Assembly (NCBI GenBank): GCA_002269645.1
Contig: NIVC01000508.1
Location: forward strand, 124,001-188,000
Origin: Macrostomum lignano
Taxonomy: Eukaryota
Length of the DNA: 64,000 nt
Reading direction: 5' to 3'
The notes below the pieces were generated by a model. It was not told the DNA's origin, did no database searches, and was given only the letters and a program-made list of their open reading frames with translations. Both the position numbers and the translations under genes were made by a program. Position 1 is the stretch's first letter. The number at the start of each line of letters is the position of its first letter. Shown here one piece after another: positions 20,987 through 35,703 of the stretch.

Positions 20987-23019
20987 TTCAAAACACCACA
21001 GATCAAATTAGTACCCCACTTCACAACATCAAAACTTTGTACAAGACCAAGAACAAAAATTATGAATGTGGGAGCTAAAAATGTTATTTTGATATAAATT
21101 TTAGGTGCTTAGAAGGCATCTAAAAGATTACAAAGAAATAAAAAATAATAAGACACAATACTTTGTGTTAATAAACTGTTTTAAAAGGTGCGCCAGAATG
21201 AAAAGCCGCAACTATAATTATTATTATTATTCTCTTAAGGTGAACATCATTGACACACTTTTATTTATCGACAGTATTAGCGTATGCATATTTATGCTTA
21301 ATAATCCTTCCGCAGGCTAATAAATTGAATTCAAAGCCAAATGTGGTAGAGAACTCGAGAGTTTAACTGAAGACAGTTCATGTGAAAGAATCAATCGATA
21401 ATGCATAGACCAAAAATATAAATATAAATGTGGACTTTTACAAAATCGCCAAGGCCCTGTCTCATAAGCAGTCCCACGCTGAGGACTAATCGGTGATATT
21501 TGTACATACTTAGCTATTATAGATAAATCGAAAGGCCAATAATATGCATTCATGCAAAGCCCACCTGGGGGCCTTGAAATCTTCTAAACAGAAAGCGGAG
21601 CCAAGCAAAGCTAGAAAAGAATATTTCAAAAATATCAAGTAATATTTTATTCAATTGAAAGGATGCTCGCGGTTAAGCAGCTACTAACAGTACGAATTCT
21701 GCTATATAGATTTTAACTACTGTTAGTAGCGACACGCGAGAAACTGCGGATAAACAGTTGAAACGCGGATATCGGAGAAACGGCATTTGGGTCGAAATCG
21801 ATTGAACTAAAAGTTGCGTTCGTAAAGTAGGCCTATTAATAGTAAATTTCTTCCCAGAGAAACCAACTGGAAGCAAGTTAGCGAAGATTGATTTGATCGG
21901 CACATTTTAACAAAATTACACCACTAGCCGATATGTATCGAAAGTAATTAATGAGAGAACAAATATTCAAATAATTTTTTGTTTACACTACTAGAATATG
22001 CAATACAGAAAGCATTATGTGGGACTAAAAATCCAAATCTATTATGTATACATAGCTTGTTAAACGATAAATAACACACTCGAAAAGTGCCCCTCCATTG
22101 ACATTGTAGCTTTATTAAGTTTTTTATGCTACATATCGGCACTAGACTATCGGCACCTTTAAACAAAAATTTTTGACCATTTGTATAATTTAAAAAAATA
22201 ATAATTTCTATCTTATTATTATTTATGATAAGAAACTACTAGACATTATATTTTACAAAAGCAAAATAAGAAATCAAAGTTATATTACACAGATAAATAG
22301 GAACGCGCGAAACGAGCGTGAATTTTTTGTTCCCAATATTAATAAAAGAGAGTTACGCGCATACAAACTACTAACAGTCAGTCAGTAGTAACATATTACG
22401 CCTGCAAGACAGACTCAGTGTTCTGCCAAAATAATTAATAATTACATTGCCATTACGTAATTTAATATTTGTTGCGATTATTTTGGAAGACAAGGCATTT
22501 ACCGGCAAATATACTACAATTACTCGTACTACTACTAACAGCTTCTACTGCTAAGTAGTAGCAACAATGAAAAAGTACATATAAAATTGGATCAATTAAT
22601 TTCAGACATATCTATTGTAAGTAGTAGGGTATGAAGAGGGCAGTTAATTGAATCAACAAGAGAAACATGCAAATATTCTATGCACTGTTTATACAGATGC
22701 AAATTATTAATTAATTATTATAAAGAAGCACCAGTGACTGTTTGCAGTCTTTCGAATTTTCGATTTGACAATAATATTAACTCGCTAATAATTAAATCAA
22801 CAATGCAGGTGAAAACAAGTTATACGAAATAAGCAAGAGGGATTAGGTTGAAGCAATTTTATTATATAAATAAAAATATGAATTTAAAATTTACACAAGA
22901 CCTACTCGAGAGTGCACTATAGACATTTGATAGCCTCAGATTTATTTAAAGGCTCGGATTGTATTTGATTAAACTGGGAATATAGGCGTTAACAGCTGTA
23001 TACTTCTATCTACCCCCAT

Positions 23020-23405
<386 letters not shown>

Positions 23406-23558
23406 TTCATAATAATAAATCAATTATTTATTATATGCTATATATTATTATTATTGTAAGTTATTATAGCTTATAGCTATAAGTTATTTTTATAAGCAGC
23501 GAATTAAAAATAACAAACAAATAAGCTACGCAAAGTACTCAAACACAAAGCACAGAAG

Positions 23559-26500
23559 TCATCGGCCAGTCAGCCAGGTATAAAGCGACACAGTCAGGGA
23601 CACCAGCAGGATGAGCAGCGGCAGCGCAGCCGCAGCCGACAACAGCCGATTCCGCTCTGTCAGGCGTTGCAATTGAAGCCGCTCAGCGTCCAAAGCTTGA
23701 CGCGACGCGGCTTGCAATTCGCGGCACTGCTCAGCTAGGCGGTCGCGCTCTCGCCGACCCTGCTCAAGATCGGCTTCCGCGGCGGCGACTCGTTCTAGCG
23801 AGGCCGCGTAGTCGGCGCGCAGACGATCAGTTTCGGCTAGCGAATCTGCCAGGCGGCTGCGCAGTTCGGCGGCAGATTCTGGCGCCGCGGGAGCAGCGGC
23901 GGCGGCCGACAGAAGCTGCTCAGCTCGAGCCAGACTGTCGGCATCGGCGCGTAGTCGGCGCAGCAAACCGATTAGCCAATCAGCTGTTACAGGCGCGTCA
24001 GCGTCCGGATCTTTCACTTCCGCATCCGGTTGGGAATCAACTTCCGGTTGGTTGGCTTCCGCTTCAGCTTGGGGCAGTTGGGATTCCAGTTGGGATATTT
24101 GGGTCAAGGCGGATTCCAGCTGGCGATGAAGATTGGCCACATTGCGACCGGAGACGTCGAGGGCGTCTTGCTGTTCGGCTACGAGGTCGCGGTACACCTG
24201 CAGTCGGCGGTGAAGTTATTTTCGATACATATCGGCGATTATTTAGAATCTTAAATGAGTTAAATTATCAGAGTGTACATGCCTGACGATAAGATAATCT
24301 CAGGGACTTTGTGCACCCTGTGTGAGCATGTGTATGATTGCGTGCCTGAGTACAGTATTGGCGCGCTTGTCTGTGCTCAGAAGCCAGCGGAATAGGCAGA
24401 ATTATCTCAGCACTTGTTGCCTTAGTCTCAATGAAAAACTATGAAAATTCAGATCTTTGATGTAAAATCCGGCCTTCAATTCAAAGACTTTCTAAGAAAC
24501 CGACCTATCCCCATCTCATCCTTGACAACGTCAAAGACCAAGATGTTCTTGGTTGTAAGCCAAGTGTGACTGGTCCAGCTCGCTCTCAAGATGCGACTCA
24601 AAAAACTAAAACCCCCTTCACTCTCCATACGAAGTAGGACATATCGACTCACCTGCAATTGGGTTCTCAATTCGGCTTCGGCCGGCTCGTCTGTAACTGG
24701 CGAAGAGGAGTCATCAGCGGCCTGTACGGCAGTGTCGGCAGTAGGAACGGAGATTCGAACTCCGGACTGCGCTGTGGTGACGCCGCAGCCGCCGCTGACA
24801 CCTGCTGATGAATCTGCATCGGACAGAGCAGCCGCTGATGCTGCTGGAGGAGAATTTCCTGCTCCATCACCGTCAACATTGTCGGCGGTGGAGGCGGCTG
24901 TTGCGGCGGCAGCGTCAGAGGCTTTGTCCGGTTGTTCAGCTGCCTGGAGCTGTCGATCAAGATCGGCGAAGCTCTGATCCACGAGAGCGCCGCCGAGGTC
25001 GCGGATCTGATTGGGGGCGATGGGATTTCAATGAATGAGTCAGGATTCTACTCGTAAGAGTCAGGATTTCTACTCGTAAGAGTCAGGATTTCTACTCGTA
25101 AGAGTCAGGATTTCTACTCGTAAGAGTCAGGATTTCTACTCGTAAGAGTCAGGATTTCTACTCGTAAGAGTCAGGATTTCTACTCGTAAGAGTCAGGATT
25201 TCTACTCGTAAGAGTCAGGATTTCTACTCGTAAGAGTCAGGATTTCTACTCGTAAGAGTCAGGATTCTACTCGTAAGAGTCAGGATTCTACTCGTAAGAG
25301 TCAGGATTCTACTCGTAAGAGTCAGGATTCTACTCGTAAGAGCTAGGATTTTAAGACTCAGGATTCTAAGAATTAATTGGCAGAGAATTCTAAGACCAAT
25401 AATAATAATTGATTACACCTGCCCCAATAGGGCCAGATGTGCAACCGACAGCTCAGCCGCAGCTATTGTGCGGCGCATCTGAAGGCTGCGTACGGCTGTT
25501 CAGTCCAAGGACTGGGGGGGGGGAAGGGGGTCGCCACACTCACCCTCAATTACCCCAGCTAATGCTGGCACCCATTTTACAGCTGGGGTGAACTGAAGCA
25601 ATGCATAGAGCTGCTAAGTGTGTTGCTCAAGGACACAAACTAGAATCGAACCATAAAACTCCAAAACTCCATAGAAAAAACAGATTTAAAAAAAGATTTC
25701 ATTAGCAACGCACCTCCCCAGCCAGAGCAGCGCCCTCCTGCTTCGCAGCGGCCAGCTCCTGCTTGAGCTGGCCAGTGTCCCGATCGTACTGAGCCGACAG
25801 GGCTTGCAGCTGCTCCCTGGCCTGACCGCAGGCGTCTCTCAATTCTCGAGCCTCGTCGCGACTTTCCAACCAGCCGCGCTCCAGCTGGCCGGCCCGTTCC
25901 AGAGCTTGGCCGCGCTCGGCCAGACAGGCGTCTAGGCGAGCTTTCAGCGCCTCCTCGGCCTTGGCCTGCCGTTCGACGGCTTCTTGCAGACAGTCGCGTA
26001 CGCCGTCATTGCCGCCGCCGACGCCGCTGTTAGACCTGGCCAAAGCCAGCTGATTCTCCAGCAGCTCTAGCCGGGCCAACAGCCGCTCCTCGTTGAGCAC
26101 AGCCGACCAGGACGCGTCGCCGAGAGCTCCGACGCAGTCTAGTAATTCGCAAAATTTGTCCAATTTAGCCCCGATGGTGTTCTCGCGATGCAGAGCCTCC
26201 TGCAGGTACTGGCTGAGCTGGTACAGCTGCTCCTGGTTCACCGAGTTTGCCTGAGCACTGGCCGGCCCGCCGGGACCTCCGCTGGAGCCTTCGCCGCCGC
26301 TGCCGCTTGCTGTCGTCATTGCCGATGTTGGAGGTCGGCGAGCTTCGCTACCGTCGGGATGAAACAGCGTCACCTGGGCGATGATGCAGCCGTGGGTGAC
26401 CTTCTTGGTGTTCTCCATCACGTCAACACCTAGCTGGACAATGTCGCCGCTGTACAGCTCTCGAGGCGCGCTCTCCTCGTTGCCCTTGCCTAAGCGTTGA

Positions 26501-27887
26501 TTATTAACAAACGTGCCGTTGCTGCTTTTGGTGTCTTTCAGCCAGAACTTGCCGTCCTCGTACCTTAACAGAAAAACAAAATTGGATTTATTTAAATGAC
26601 GCCTCCGGAATTGATGGTGGGCTAACCAGAATTAAGGATAGGGTTCTGAGGATCTAGGATCAGGCCCCAAAATCAAGGTTGAGATTCCAAGAAACTAGAA
26701 TAGGGTTCTCAGAATCTATTATCGATTATCCGAGAATTGGAGACGGGATTCCAAGAATCAGAGATGGGATTCCAAGAATCGGAGTGGGGATTTTAAGAAT
26801 CGGATTGGGGGTTCCAAGAATCAGAGATGGGATTCCAAGAATCGGAGTGGGGATTCCAACAATCAGAGATGGGATTACAAGAATCGGAAAGGGATTCCAA
26901 GAATCAGAGATAGGATTCCAAGAATCGGATTGGGGATTCCAACAATCAGAGATGGGATTACAAGAATCGGAAAGGGATTACGAGAATCGGATTGGGGGTT
27001 CCAAGAATCGGAGATGGGATTCCAAGAATCAGATATGAGATTCCAAGAATCGGATTGGGAATTCCAAGAATCGGAGTGGGGATTACAAGAATCGGAGATG
27101 GGATTCCAAGAATCAGATATGAGATTCCAAGAATCGGATTGGGGATTCCAAGAATCGGAGTGGGGATTCCAAGAATTGGAGTGGGGATTCCAAGAATCGG
27201 ATTGGGGGTTCCAAGAATCGGAGATGGGATTCCAAGAATCAGATATGAGATTCCAAGAATCGGATTGGGGATTCCAAGAATCGGAGTGGGGATTCCAAGA
27301 ATCAGAGATGGGATTACAGGAATCGGAGATGGGATTCCAAGAATCAGATATGAGATTCCAAGAATCGGATTGGGGATTCCGAGAATTGGAGTGGGGATTC
27401 CAAGAATCGGGTTGGGGATTCCAAGAATTGAAGCGGAGATGGGATTCCAAGAATCGGGTTGGATATTTCAAGAATCGGTATGGGGATAATGTGGCCACTC
27501 AGGGGATCGAACCAGGGTCCTTCAGCTACTCGGCTATCCGTTCAAAGCCAACACAGATTGGGAGAATCAATAAAAAATATCATGAAACCGCAAAACGCAC
27601 CACAGCACGGCGTGATTCCTGCTCAGCACTTTGCAATCGAAAATCGCATTGCCAGCGTCTGGCTTGGATTTGGCAACGGAACGGCCAATTTTGATGAGTT
27701 CAACAACCGGCACTTGGCGCTCGCTGAATGGATGCGACTGTGGCCGGCATTTGAAGCACGCCTTGGCCACGTGACTGCCGTTCAATTGGCGCTCCTGCAA
27801 CGGCGACGCCTGGTCGAGATCGGGTAGCGTTGCCGATGATAGAATCGAACTATCGGAATCGTTTGAGTCCATTGAGTACACACTCAT
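23559..27887 (-). CDS. SLMAP: Sarcolemmal membrane-associated protein (FHA domain, coiled coil, C-terminal tail anchor); exons 27887-27601, 26563-25714, 25006-24653, 24197-23559 (about 709 aa)
   Basis: The FHA domain [25 protein letters not shown]|[41 protein letters not shown] spans a phase-2 GT-AG intron. Long coiled coil and hydrophobic C-terminus [18 protein letters not shown]. Splice phases are consistent. Confidence 0.93.
25045..25340. repeat. 21/22-bp minisatellite (gagtcaggatttctactcgtaa)n in SLMAP intron 2
   Basis: About 13 copies. Confidence 0.95.
25560..25652 (-). mobile_element. Truncated SINE copy, same family as 2226-2390, in SLMAP intron 2
   Basis: The minus strand reads GGTTCGATTC (B box), then GTGTCCTTGAGCAACACACTT...CATTGCTTCAGTTCACCCCAGCTGTAAAATGGG. 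Confidence 0.7.
26700..27480. repeat. 21-bp minisatellite (gggattccaagaatcggattg)n in SLMAP intron 1
   Basis: About 36 variant copies. Confidence 0.95.
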
Positions 27888-28185
27888 GATGATGCTGGTG
27901 AGGATGATTGACAAACTCGACAAACGGTTTCAGTTACCAGAAATAGTGATAGCAGCAAATAAGCGCACAACTCTGTATATATTCGCTAGATGCTACTTGT
28001 TTGTCATTTCAATTAAGTAGCTAAAGTAGCAAGTGTGCCAGCCGGAATTAGTTGAAGCGATTGCGGTTCCGGCCTGCTTGTCACATCTTCCGGTTGTGGA
28101 GCATGCATATGATTCATGACTTTACGATCAGGGACTCAAAGATTTGAATCCTTATAATGATGTGGGAGTTTGATTGTGGCCAATC

Positions 28186-29788
28186 AACTGAGGATCTGGG
28201 AGGCTGGTCCAGCAACTGAGGATCTGGGAGGCTGGCCCAGCAACTGAGGATCTGGGAGGCTGGCCCAGCAACTGAGGATCTGGGAGGCTGGCCCAGCAAC
28301 TGAGGATCTGGGAGGCTGGCCCAGCAACTGAGGATCTGGGAGGCTGGCCCAGCAACTGAGGATCTGGGAGGCTGGCCCAGCAACTGAGGATCTGGGAGGC
28401 TGGTCCAGCAACTGAGGATCTGGGAGGCTGGCCCAGCAACTGAGGATCTGGGAGGCTGGCCCAGCAACTGAGGATCTGGGAGGCTGGCCCAGCAACTGAG
28501 GATCTGGGAGGCTGGCCCAGCAACTGAGGATCTGGGAGGCTGGCCCAGCAACTGACACTCTGGGAGGCTGGCCCAGCAACTGACACTCTGGGAGGCTGGC
28601 CCAGCAACTGAGGATCTGGGAGGCTGGCCCAGCAACTGATGATCTGGGAGGCTGGCCCAGCAACTGAGGATCTGGGAGGCTGGCCCAGCAACTGAGGATC
28701 TGGGAGGCTGGCCCAGCAACTGACACTCTGGGAGGCTGGCCCAGCAACTGACACTCTGGGAGGCTGGCCCAGAAACTGAGGATCTGGGAGGCTGGCCCAG
28801 CAACTCATGATCTGTGAGGCTGGCCCAGCAACTGAGGATCTGGGAGGCTGGCCCAGCAACTGAGGATCTGGGAGGCTGGCCCAGCAACTGACACTCTGGG
28901 AGGCTGGCCCAGCAACTGACACTCTGGGAGGCTGGCCCAGCAACTGAGGATCTGGGAGGCTGGCCCAGCAACTGACACTCTGGGAGGCTGGCCCAGCAAC
29001 TGAGGATCTGGGAGGCTGGCCCAGCAACTGAGGATCTGGGAGGCTGGCCCAGCAACTGACACTCTGGGAGGCTGGCCCAGCAACTGACACTCTGGGAGGC
29101 TGGCCCAGCAACTGAGGATCTGGGAGGCTGGCCCAGCAACTGATGATCTGGGAGGCTGGCCCAGAAACTGAGGATCTGGGAGGCTGGCCCAGCAACTCAT
29201 GATCTGTGAGGCTGGCCCAGCAACTGAGGATCTGGGAGGCTGGCCCAGCAACTGAGGATCTGGGAGGCTGGCCCAGCAACTGACACTCTGGGAGGCTGGC
29301 CCAGCAACTGACAATCTGGGAGGCTGGCCCAGCAACTGAGGATCTGGGAGGCTGGCCCAGCAACTGACACTCTGGGAGGCTGGCCCAGCAACTGAGGATC
29401 TGGGAGGCTGGTCCAGCAACTGAGGATCTGGGAGGCTGGCCCAGCAACTGAGGATCTGGGAGGCTGGCCCAGCAACTGATGATCTGTGAGGCTGGCCCAG
29501 CAACTGAGGATCTGGGAGGCTGGCCCAGAAACTGAGGATCTGGGAGGCTGGCCCAGCAACTGAGGATCTGGGAGGCTGGCCCAGCAACTGAGGATCTGGG
29601 AGGCTGGCCCAGCAACTGACACTCTGGGAGGCTGGCCCAGCAACTGAGGATCTGGGAGGCTGGCCCAGCAACTGATGATCTGGGAGGCTGGCCCAGCAAC
29701 TGAGGATCTGGGAGGCTGGCCCAGCAACTGAGGATCTGGGAGGCTGGCCCAGCAACTGAGGATCTGGGAGGCTGGCCCAGCAACTGAG
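28186..29788. repeat. 28-bp minisatellite (caactgaggatctgggaggctggcccag)n upstream of SLMAP
   Basis: About 57 copies. Confidence 0.97.
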
Positions 29789-30411
29789 GGCTAGCGAATA
29801 TGATTTAAGAACTTAAAAACTGTACAAAGAACGAGCAAAAGCAGAGAAGTCGATAAAAGACAAAGGAACGACACAATACATCCGAATTTATTACCTTCAA
29901 AAGCATCAAATAACAATTCGAACTAAGATATTTTTTATCGAATAAAACAATCGAAATAACATAAGGGAACAACAAATATTTACTGATACAACAAACTGAA
30001 CAATACGATGATTTAAACAAGATCGTAGGGAAACCCAGACAATAACATTGCATTGCAAACGCTAAGAGCAAAATTAATTAACTTTGAAAACAAAGAAGAC
30101 TGCTGCACGATGGCGAAAGAAGAGGCAAGGAAAAAGATGTCTAGAGTCAGAAGACATCAGAAAATAAATGGAGAAAACTACCGTAGGTGAAGTATGCATT
30201 ATAAAAAAATTATAAATATCACACTGCAGATCACAAATGTAATGAGAGCAATCAATTATAAGCTTTTACAATACAACAATAATAAGAAAAATGATCTGAT
30301 TAACTACAATAGATGATTAACTGAGTATGTCTTGCATTGTAAAACAGAAACTGCGTTCTCTATAGGAGAAATTAGCGATTAGAGACGAGCCATGACTGTA
30401 CAGAGCAAATC

Positions 30412-31010
30412 GGGGTATAGATGAGGGAGGATTGAGAGGGTATAGATCAGGGAGGCTTCAGAGGGTATAGATCAGGGAGGGTTGAGAGGGTATAGATGAG
30501 GGAGGATTGAGAGGGTATAGATCAGAGAGGGTTGAGAGGGTATAGATCAGAGAGGGTTGAGAGGGTATAGATCAGGGAGGATTGAGAGGGTATAGATCAG
30601 GGAGGCTTGAGAGGGTATAGATCAGGGAGGGTTGACAGGGTATAGATCAGAGAGGGTTGAGAGGGTATAGATCAGGGAGGGTTGAGAGAGTATAGATCAG
30701 GGAGGGTTGAGAGAGTATAGATCAGAGAGGGTTGATGGTATAGTTCAGAGAGGGTTCAGAGGGTATAGATCAGAGAGGGTTGATGGTATAGATCAGAGAG
30801 GGTTGAGAGGGTATAGATCAGGGAGGGTTGAGAGGGTATAGTTCAGAGAGGGTTGAGAGGGTATAGTTCAGAGAGGGTTCAGAGGGTATAGATCAGAGAG
30901 GGTATAGATCAGAGAGGGTTGATGGTATAGTTCAGAGAGGGTTCAGAGGGTATAGATCAGAGAGGGTTGATGGTATAGTTCAGAGAGGGTTCAGAGGGTA
31001 TATAGATCAG
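30412..31010. repeat. About 25-bp purine-rich minisatellite (gagggtatagatcagggagggttga)n
   Basis: About 24 variant copies. Confidence 0.92.
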
Positions 31011-31664
31011 GGACTTTTAGCCGAATAAAGGTAAAACATTAGCAAGACTCTATATTCACAGTAATAAACTCTTGTTAAATAATAATAATTCTATAAAATT
31101 GAAGATAACTACATGAATAATATACTATGAAACCAGTCTAATGACTTAGTTACAATATTAATACAATACGTAAGGAACAAAAATCGCACAATATTGTTGT
31201 GCATAAACTATTATTAAATACAAAATTCTAAGTGCAGAAAGATATTGAAGTAACTTTTTTTACAATACTTTCATTATAATAATAGTATTTTTATTACAGA
31301 CGAAATTGACAAAAGAGAGGCAAGGTATAAACAAATAGATACGATGGGTACAGGGGCTACTGACACTTGGTCACTGTGGTAAGTACAGCTACGAATGAGG
31401 ACTGAGTGATGACAAATCCTATAGACAAAAACCTGTGCATGAGATTTTATCAACAGCTACGGTGAAGACGTTGCATTTTATAAAAACATTGCGTGGAGTT
31501 TACATTGTTTTTAATGCAATTTAGTGTAAGCAATGGACATTGCGCTGTTATAGTGCTGCTCACACCTTGTATAAACAGCAGCGGAGACTCAACAAAGATT
31601 TGGTAGCTTGATAGATTCTTGATTATCTGGCAACTAATAGTCAACAAGACAGGTAGGAACTTAA

Positions 31665-31665
31665 G

Positions 31666-31704
<39 letters not shown>

Positions 31705-31705
31705 C

Positions 31706-31740
<35 letters not shown>

Positions 31741-31809
31741 CATAGACATACAGACAGACAGAGAGACACAGACAGACAGACAGAGACAGACAGACAGACA
31801 GACAGACAC

Positions 31810-31844
<35 letters not shown>

Positions 31845-31872
31845 CAGACAGACAAACAGACAGAGACAGACA
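31665..31872. repeat. (CAGA)n microsatellite downstream of the MATH-BTB gene
   Basis: Direct read of the sequence. Confidence 0.95.
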
Positions 31873-31905
31873 AAGCTGAGCGGAAAGGAGTAGAACAAGC
31901 CATGC

Positions 31906-32474
31906 TCACAAAGACTGATAGACTCTGTTGCGCCCAGAAGCAGAGGAAGCGGCAGAGTGCTGCTGCTGCTGCTGTTGCTGCTGCTGAGCTGGCGGCAGGC
32001 AGAGGGCACTAGAGGAGCGGGAGGCGGGCTGCCCGCCAGACACGGATGAATCATCCCGCCTGTCCAGCAGCCGCTCCATGACCTGGGCCCGATGAGGCGG
32101 ACTCAATCGGAGGAAGCTGTTGGAAGATTTGATCTCACTCCAGGCCAGGTCTTCAACCAGCTCTAGGCAGGTCTGCTCGACAAAGTCGGAATTGATGTAG
32201 AGCGAGTTTATTAGCAGCACGTGCAAGCAGATTGAAGCGTTCAATACGCGCATGATGAACTGGAGACACTTGGCCCGCACTTTGGCGCACAGATATTTGT
32301 CGGCTAAGCGGCATAGAGATTCCAGCGTTTCCATGGTTACAGGGACGCCGCAGTCCGGATAGAGCTGCTCTAGAAACGCTCTGACCTGCGTTTGGTTATA
32401 AAAAAATCAATAATTACAAAATAATGATATACTAAAGAATAGTAGTAGTAGTAGTAGCAGTAGTAGTAGTAGTT

Positions 32475-32508
<34 letters not shown>

Positions 32509-32551
32509 CAGTAGTAGTAGTAATAGTAGTAGTAGTAGTAGCAGTAGTAGC

Positions 32552-32592
<41 letters not shown>

Positions 32593-32626
32593 CAGTAGTA
32601 GTAGTAGTAGTAGCAGTAGTAGTAGC

Positions 32627-32673
<47 letters not shown>

Positions 32674-32800
32674 TAGTAGCAGTAGTAGTAGTAGTAGTAG
32701 CAGTAGTAGTAGTAGTAGTAGCAGTAGTAGTAGTAGTAGTAGTAGCAGTAGTAGTAGTAGCAGTAGTAGTAGTAGTAGTAGTAGCAGTAGTAGTAGTAGC

Positions 32801-32841
<41 letters not shown>

Positions 32842-32932
32842 CAGTAGTAGTAGTAGTAGTAGTAGCAGTAGCAGTAGTAGTAGCAGTAGTAGCAGTAGTA
32901 GTAGCAGTAGTAGTAGTAGTAGTAGCAGTAGC

Positions 32933-32968
<36 letters not shown>

Positions 32969-34701
32969 TTTAGCAGCTTTTTGCTTGACATCCGGCCATA
33001 GACAATGAAGCCAATAAATCAAATATTACATCGACAGCTATCCAGCCACCCAGGGCAAATACCTCATCAAACTCCTCGTCCTCCAGAGTCACGAGGCCGC
33101 TCTGTTTCTCCTTAAATTCGCTGGCTAACAGGCCGCGAAAGAATTCAGACTCCAGCAGCAGCACGTCTCGGTGGCAATACAACCGACGATTCTGGCATTC
33201 GATAATCAAATTAGACCCGGGATTGCTGGCTGAGCACAGGTCTATCGGTTTCTCGCGCAGCACAATGCCGTCCGACACTTCGTGTACTCGAATTCGCAGC
33301 CGGGCTACGAGTCTCTCGCAGGCTGAGGAGCCGCCGCCGCCGCTCCCGCCGGCGTCCGATCCGGCGTCGTCGTTTGCGCCGCCGCCGATGCAGCTGCTCA
33401 GGGCCGCTGAGGACAGCCGGCGCACCTGTTTTATTGAGAATTGGGGATGCCGGATAAAAACGCGTCAAGTCGAGCAAAAGCTGTTTTAGGTCAGGTGGAG
33501 TTTCAATTATACCTGTGTCAATAGATGCTGAGTTCTCAGACAGCAGACACTCCACCGGAACAGAACTCAGACAGCAGACACTCCACCGGAACAGAACTCA
33601 GACAGCAGACACTCCACCGGAACAGAACTCAGACAGCAGACACTCCACCGGAACAGAACTCAGACAGCAGACACTCCACCGGAACAGAAATCAGACAGCA
33701 GACACTCGACCGGAACAGAACTCAGACAGCAGACACTCCACCGGAACAGAACTCAGACAGCAGACACTCCACCGGAACAGAACTCAGACAGCAGACACTC
33801 CACCGGAACAGAAATCAGACAGCAGACACTCCACCGGAGCAGAACTCAGACAGCAGACACTCCACCGGAACAGAACTCAGACAGCAGACACTCCACCGGA
33901 ACAGAACTCAGACAGCAGACACTCCACCGGAACAGAACTCAGACAGCAGACACTCCACCGGAACAGAACTCAGACAGCAGACACTCCACCGGAACAGAAC
34001 TCAGACAGCAGACACTCCACCGGAACAGAAATCAGGCAGCAGACACTCCACCGGAACAGAACTCAGACAGCAGACACTCCACCGGAACAGAAATCAGGCA
34101 GCAGACACTCCACCGGAACAGAAATCAGGCAGCAGACACTCCACAGGAACAGAACTCAGACAGCAGACACTCCACCGGAACAGAATTCAGACAGCAGACA
34201 CTCCACCGGAACAGAACTCAGACAGCAGACACTCCACCGGAACAGACAGAACTCAGACAGCGGACCCTCAAAAGCACAGATGCTCTATGAACTCACCGAA
34301 ATGAAATTCTTAATGCCCCAGGTGAGCTGCTGCACTCCCCGTACACAAGCTTGAAACAGTTTATCGGAATGCTGATGCCGTTTCAAGGCGATGCGCAGGC
34401 CTGTACCATCGGCGCGTTGCAGACTGAAGTCGATGCTGAAGGTGGCCCGCACTCGATAATAAGACATGGCCGTGCGCGGCTGTACGTGCAGAAAATAGCT
34501 GACAAACGGGCCAGATTGGCTCTGACTGCGAAACAGCCTCAGTGTCCATTTTAAATGGGCATCCCAATTTGGTAGGCGGAGTTCGATAAATTCTTTAAAA
34601 TCGGCATCGGACACAATGCGAGACACTGGCAAACTGACGGTCGCGTGATTGAAATCTGACGACTCCTCTTCGGCTGAGGCGGCACTGAAAGATTCGTCCA
34701 T
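31906..34701 (-). CDS. MATH-like plus BTB/POZ domain protein (probable Cullin-3 adaptor); exons 34701-34297, 33425-33063, 32385-31906 (about 415 aa)
   Basis: Exon 1 has a MATH-like pattern ([31 protein letters not shown]). Exons 2-3 encode a BTB domain ([61 protein letters not shown]). All introns are phase-0 GT-AG. Confidence 0.85.
32440..32968. repeat. (TAG/CAG)n microsatellite in MATH-BTB intron 2
   Basis: Direct read of the sequence. Confidence 0.97.
33530..34260. repeat. 31-bp minisatellite (cagacagcagacactccaccggaacagaact)n in MATH-BTB intron 1
   Basis: About 23 copies. Confidence 0.96.
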
Positions 34702-34859
34702 ATTGCTGAGCACTGCTAGGCTGAAATTTAGCCAGTTTTTAGTGCAGACAGGCTAACTATACTACTGAAAGTAGAAATCAATAAACTAAAAGGAACACTT
34801 ATGCACGGGCATTATTTTATTGGATAAATAAATCCAATGTCTCCGTATTTGTCCGTTTG

Positions 34860-34873
34860 TCCGGCTGTCTGTG

Positions 34874-34908
<35 letters not shown>

Positions 34909-34975
34909 GTGTCTGTCTGTGTGTCTGTCTGTCTGTGTGTCTGTCTGTCTGTGTGTGTCTGTCTGTCTGTCTGGC

Positions 34976-35010
<35 letters not shown>
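34860..35010. repeat. (TGTC)n microsatellite
   Basis: Direct read of the sequence. Confidence 0.93.
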
Positions 35011-35012
<2 letters not shown>

Positions 35013-35352
35013 TGGAGTCGGTCGGTCTGAGGGGTACCCAGCCCTAAGAGTGAGATGCTGATATACCAATCGGCTCAATGGAGGAGCTGCTGAGGGAGTT
35101 TCTATATAAATAATACGAGCAAAGGTGCTGATCGTGATCCTAATCGGTGAATGTTAGCTATTAAACAAGAATGCCTGATGCTATTAGGCACGATGCCTGA
35201 GATAAAAAATAAAAATGTCAAGACAGAACCAGCAAGTTTACTCCAATTTGAAACCATCTCTTTAATTCCAATTTCAATCTTGACCATATCAATTAGATCC
35301 AGCGCCAGGTCATCACGCAGTCACACAAAGTTCCTCATCAGTTCAACTAAAA

Positions 35353-35703
35353 TCACTTAGCAACGGTGACTTCCACTTCAACCTCGGGCTCGATGCTGAT
35401 GCTAGTGATCTGCTTGACAGTCTCGGCTGGCGACTGCAGATCGATGAGTCGCTTGTGCAGCCTCAGCCGGTAGCGGTCCCAGGTTTTTGAGCCTTCGCCG
35501 CAGGGTGTCTTACGGGTGGTGAGGCTCAACACCTTAGTAGGCATGCGGACCGGACCCTTCACTGGCAGATTCTTATCTTTGGCACCTTTGATTAAGTCGG
35601 CGCAGACTTTCTCTAGGCTGCGCACGTTCTTGGATGTCAGGGTGATGCGAATGCGGTGCACCTGGGCCTGTTGCAGGTCTTCCTTGCCTTCTTTGGCGTC
35701 CAT
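35353..35703 (-). CDS. RPS20: 40S ribosomal protein S20 (uS10), 116 aa
   Basis: [52 protein letters not shown]. Confidence 0.98.
   Translation of the reverse strand: MDAKEGKEDLQQAQVHRIRITLTSKNVRSLEKVCADLIKGAKDKNLPVKGPVRMPTKVLSLTTRKTPCGEGSKTWDRYRLRLHKRLIDLQSPAETVKQITSISIEPEVEVEVTVAK

Noticed and set aside
21233-22165. Large Kolobok-like element bounded by ttaaggtg and cacctttaa
   Set aside because: The match is limited to about 8 bp in AT-rich DNA with no extended TIR.
28114-29783. Multiple long overlapping ORFs (up to 543 aa)
   Set aside because: These are translations of the 28-bp minisatellite with no unique coding sequence.
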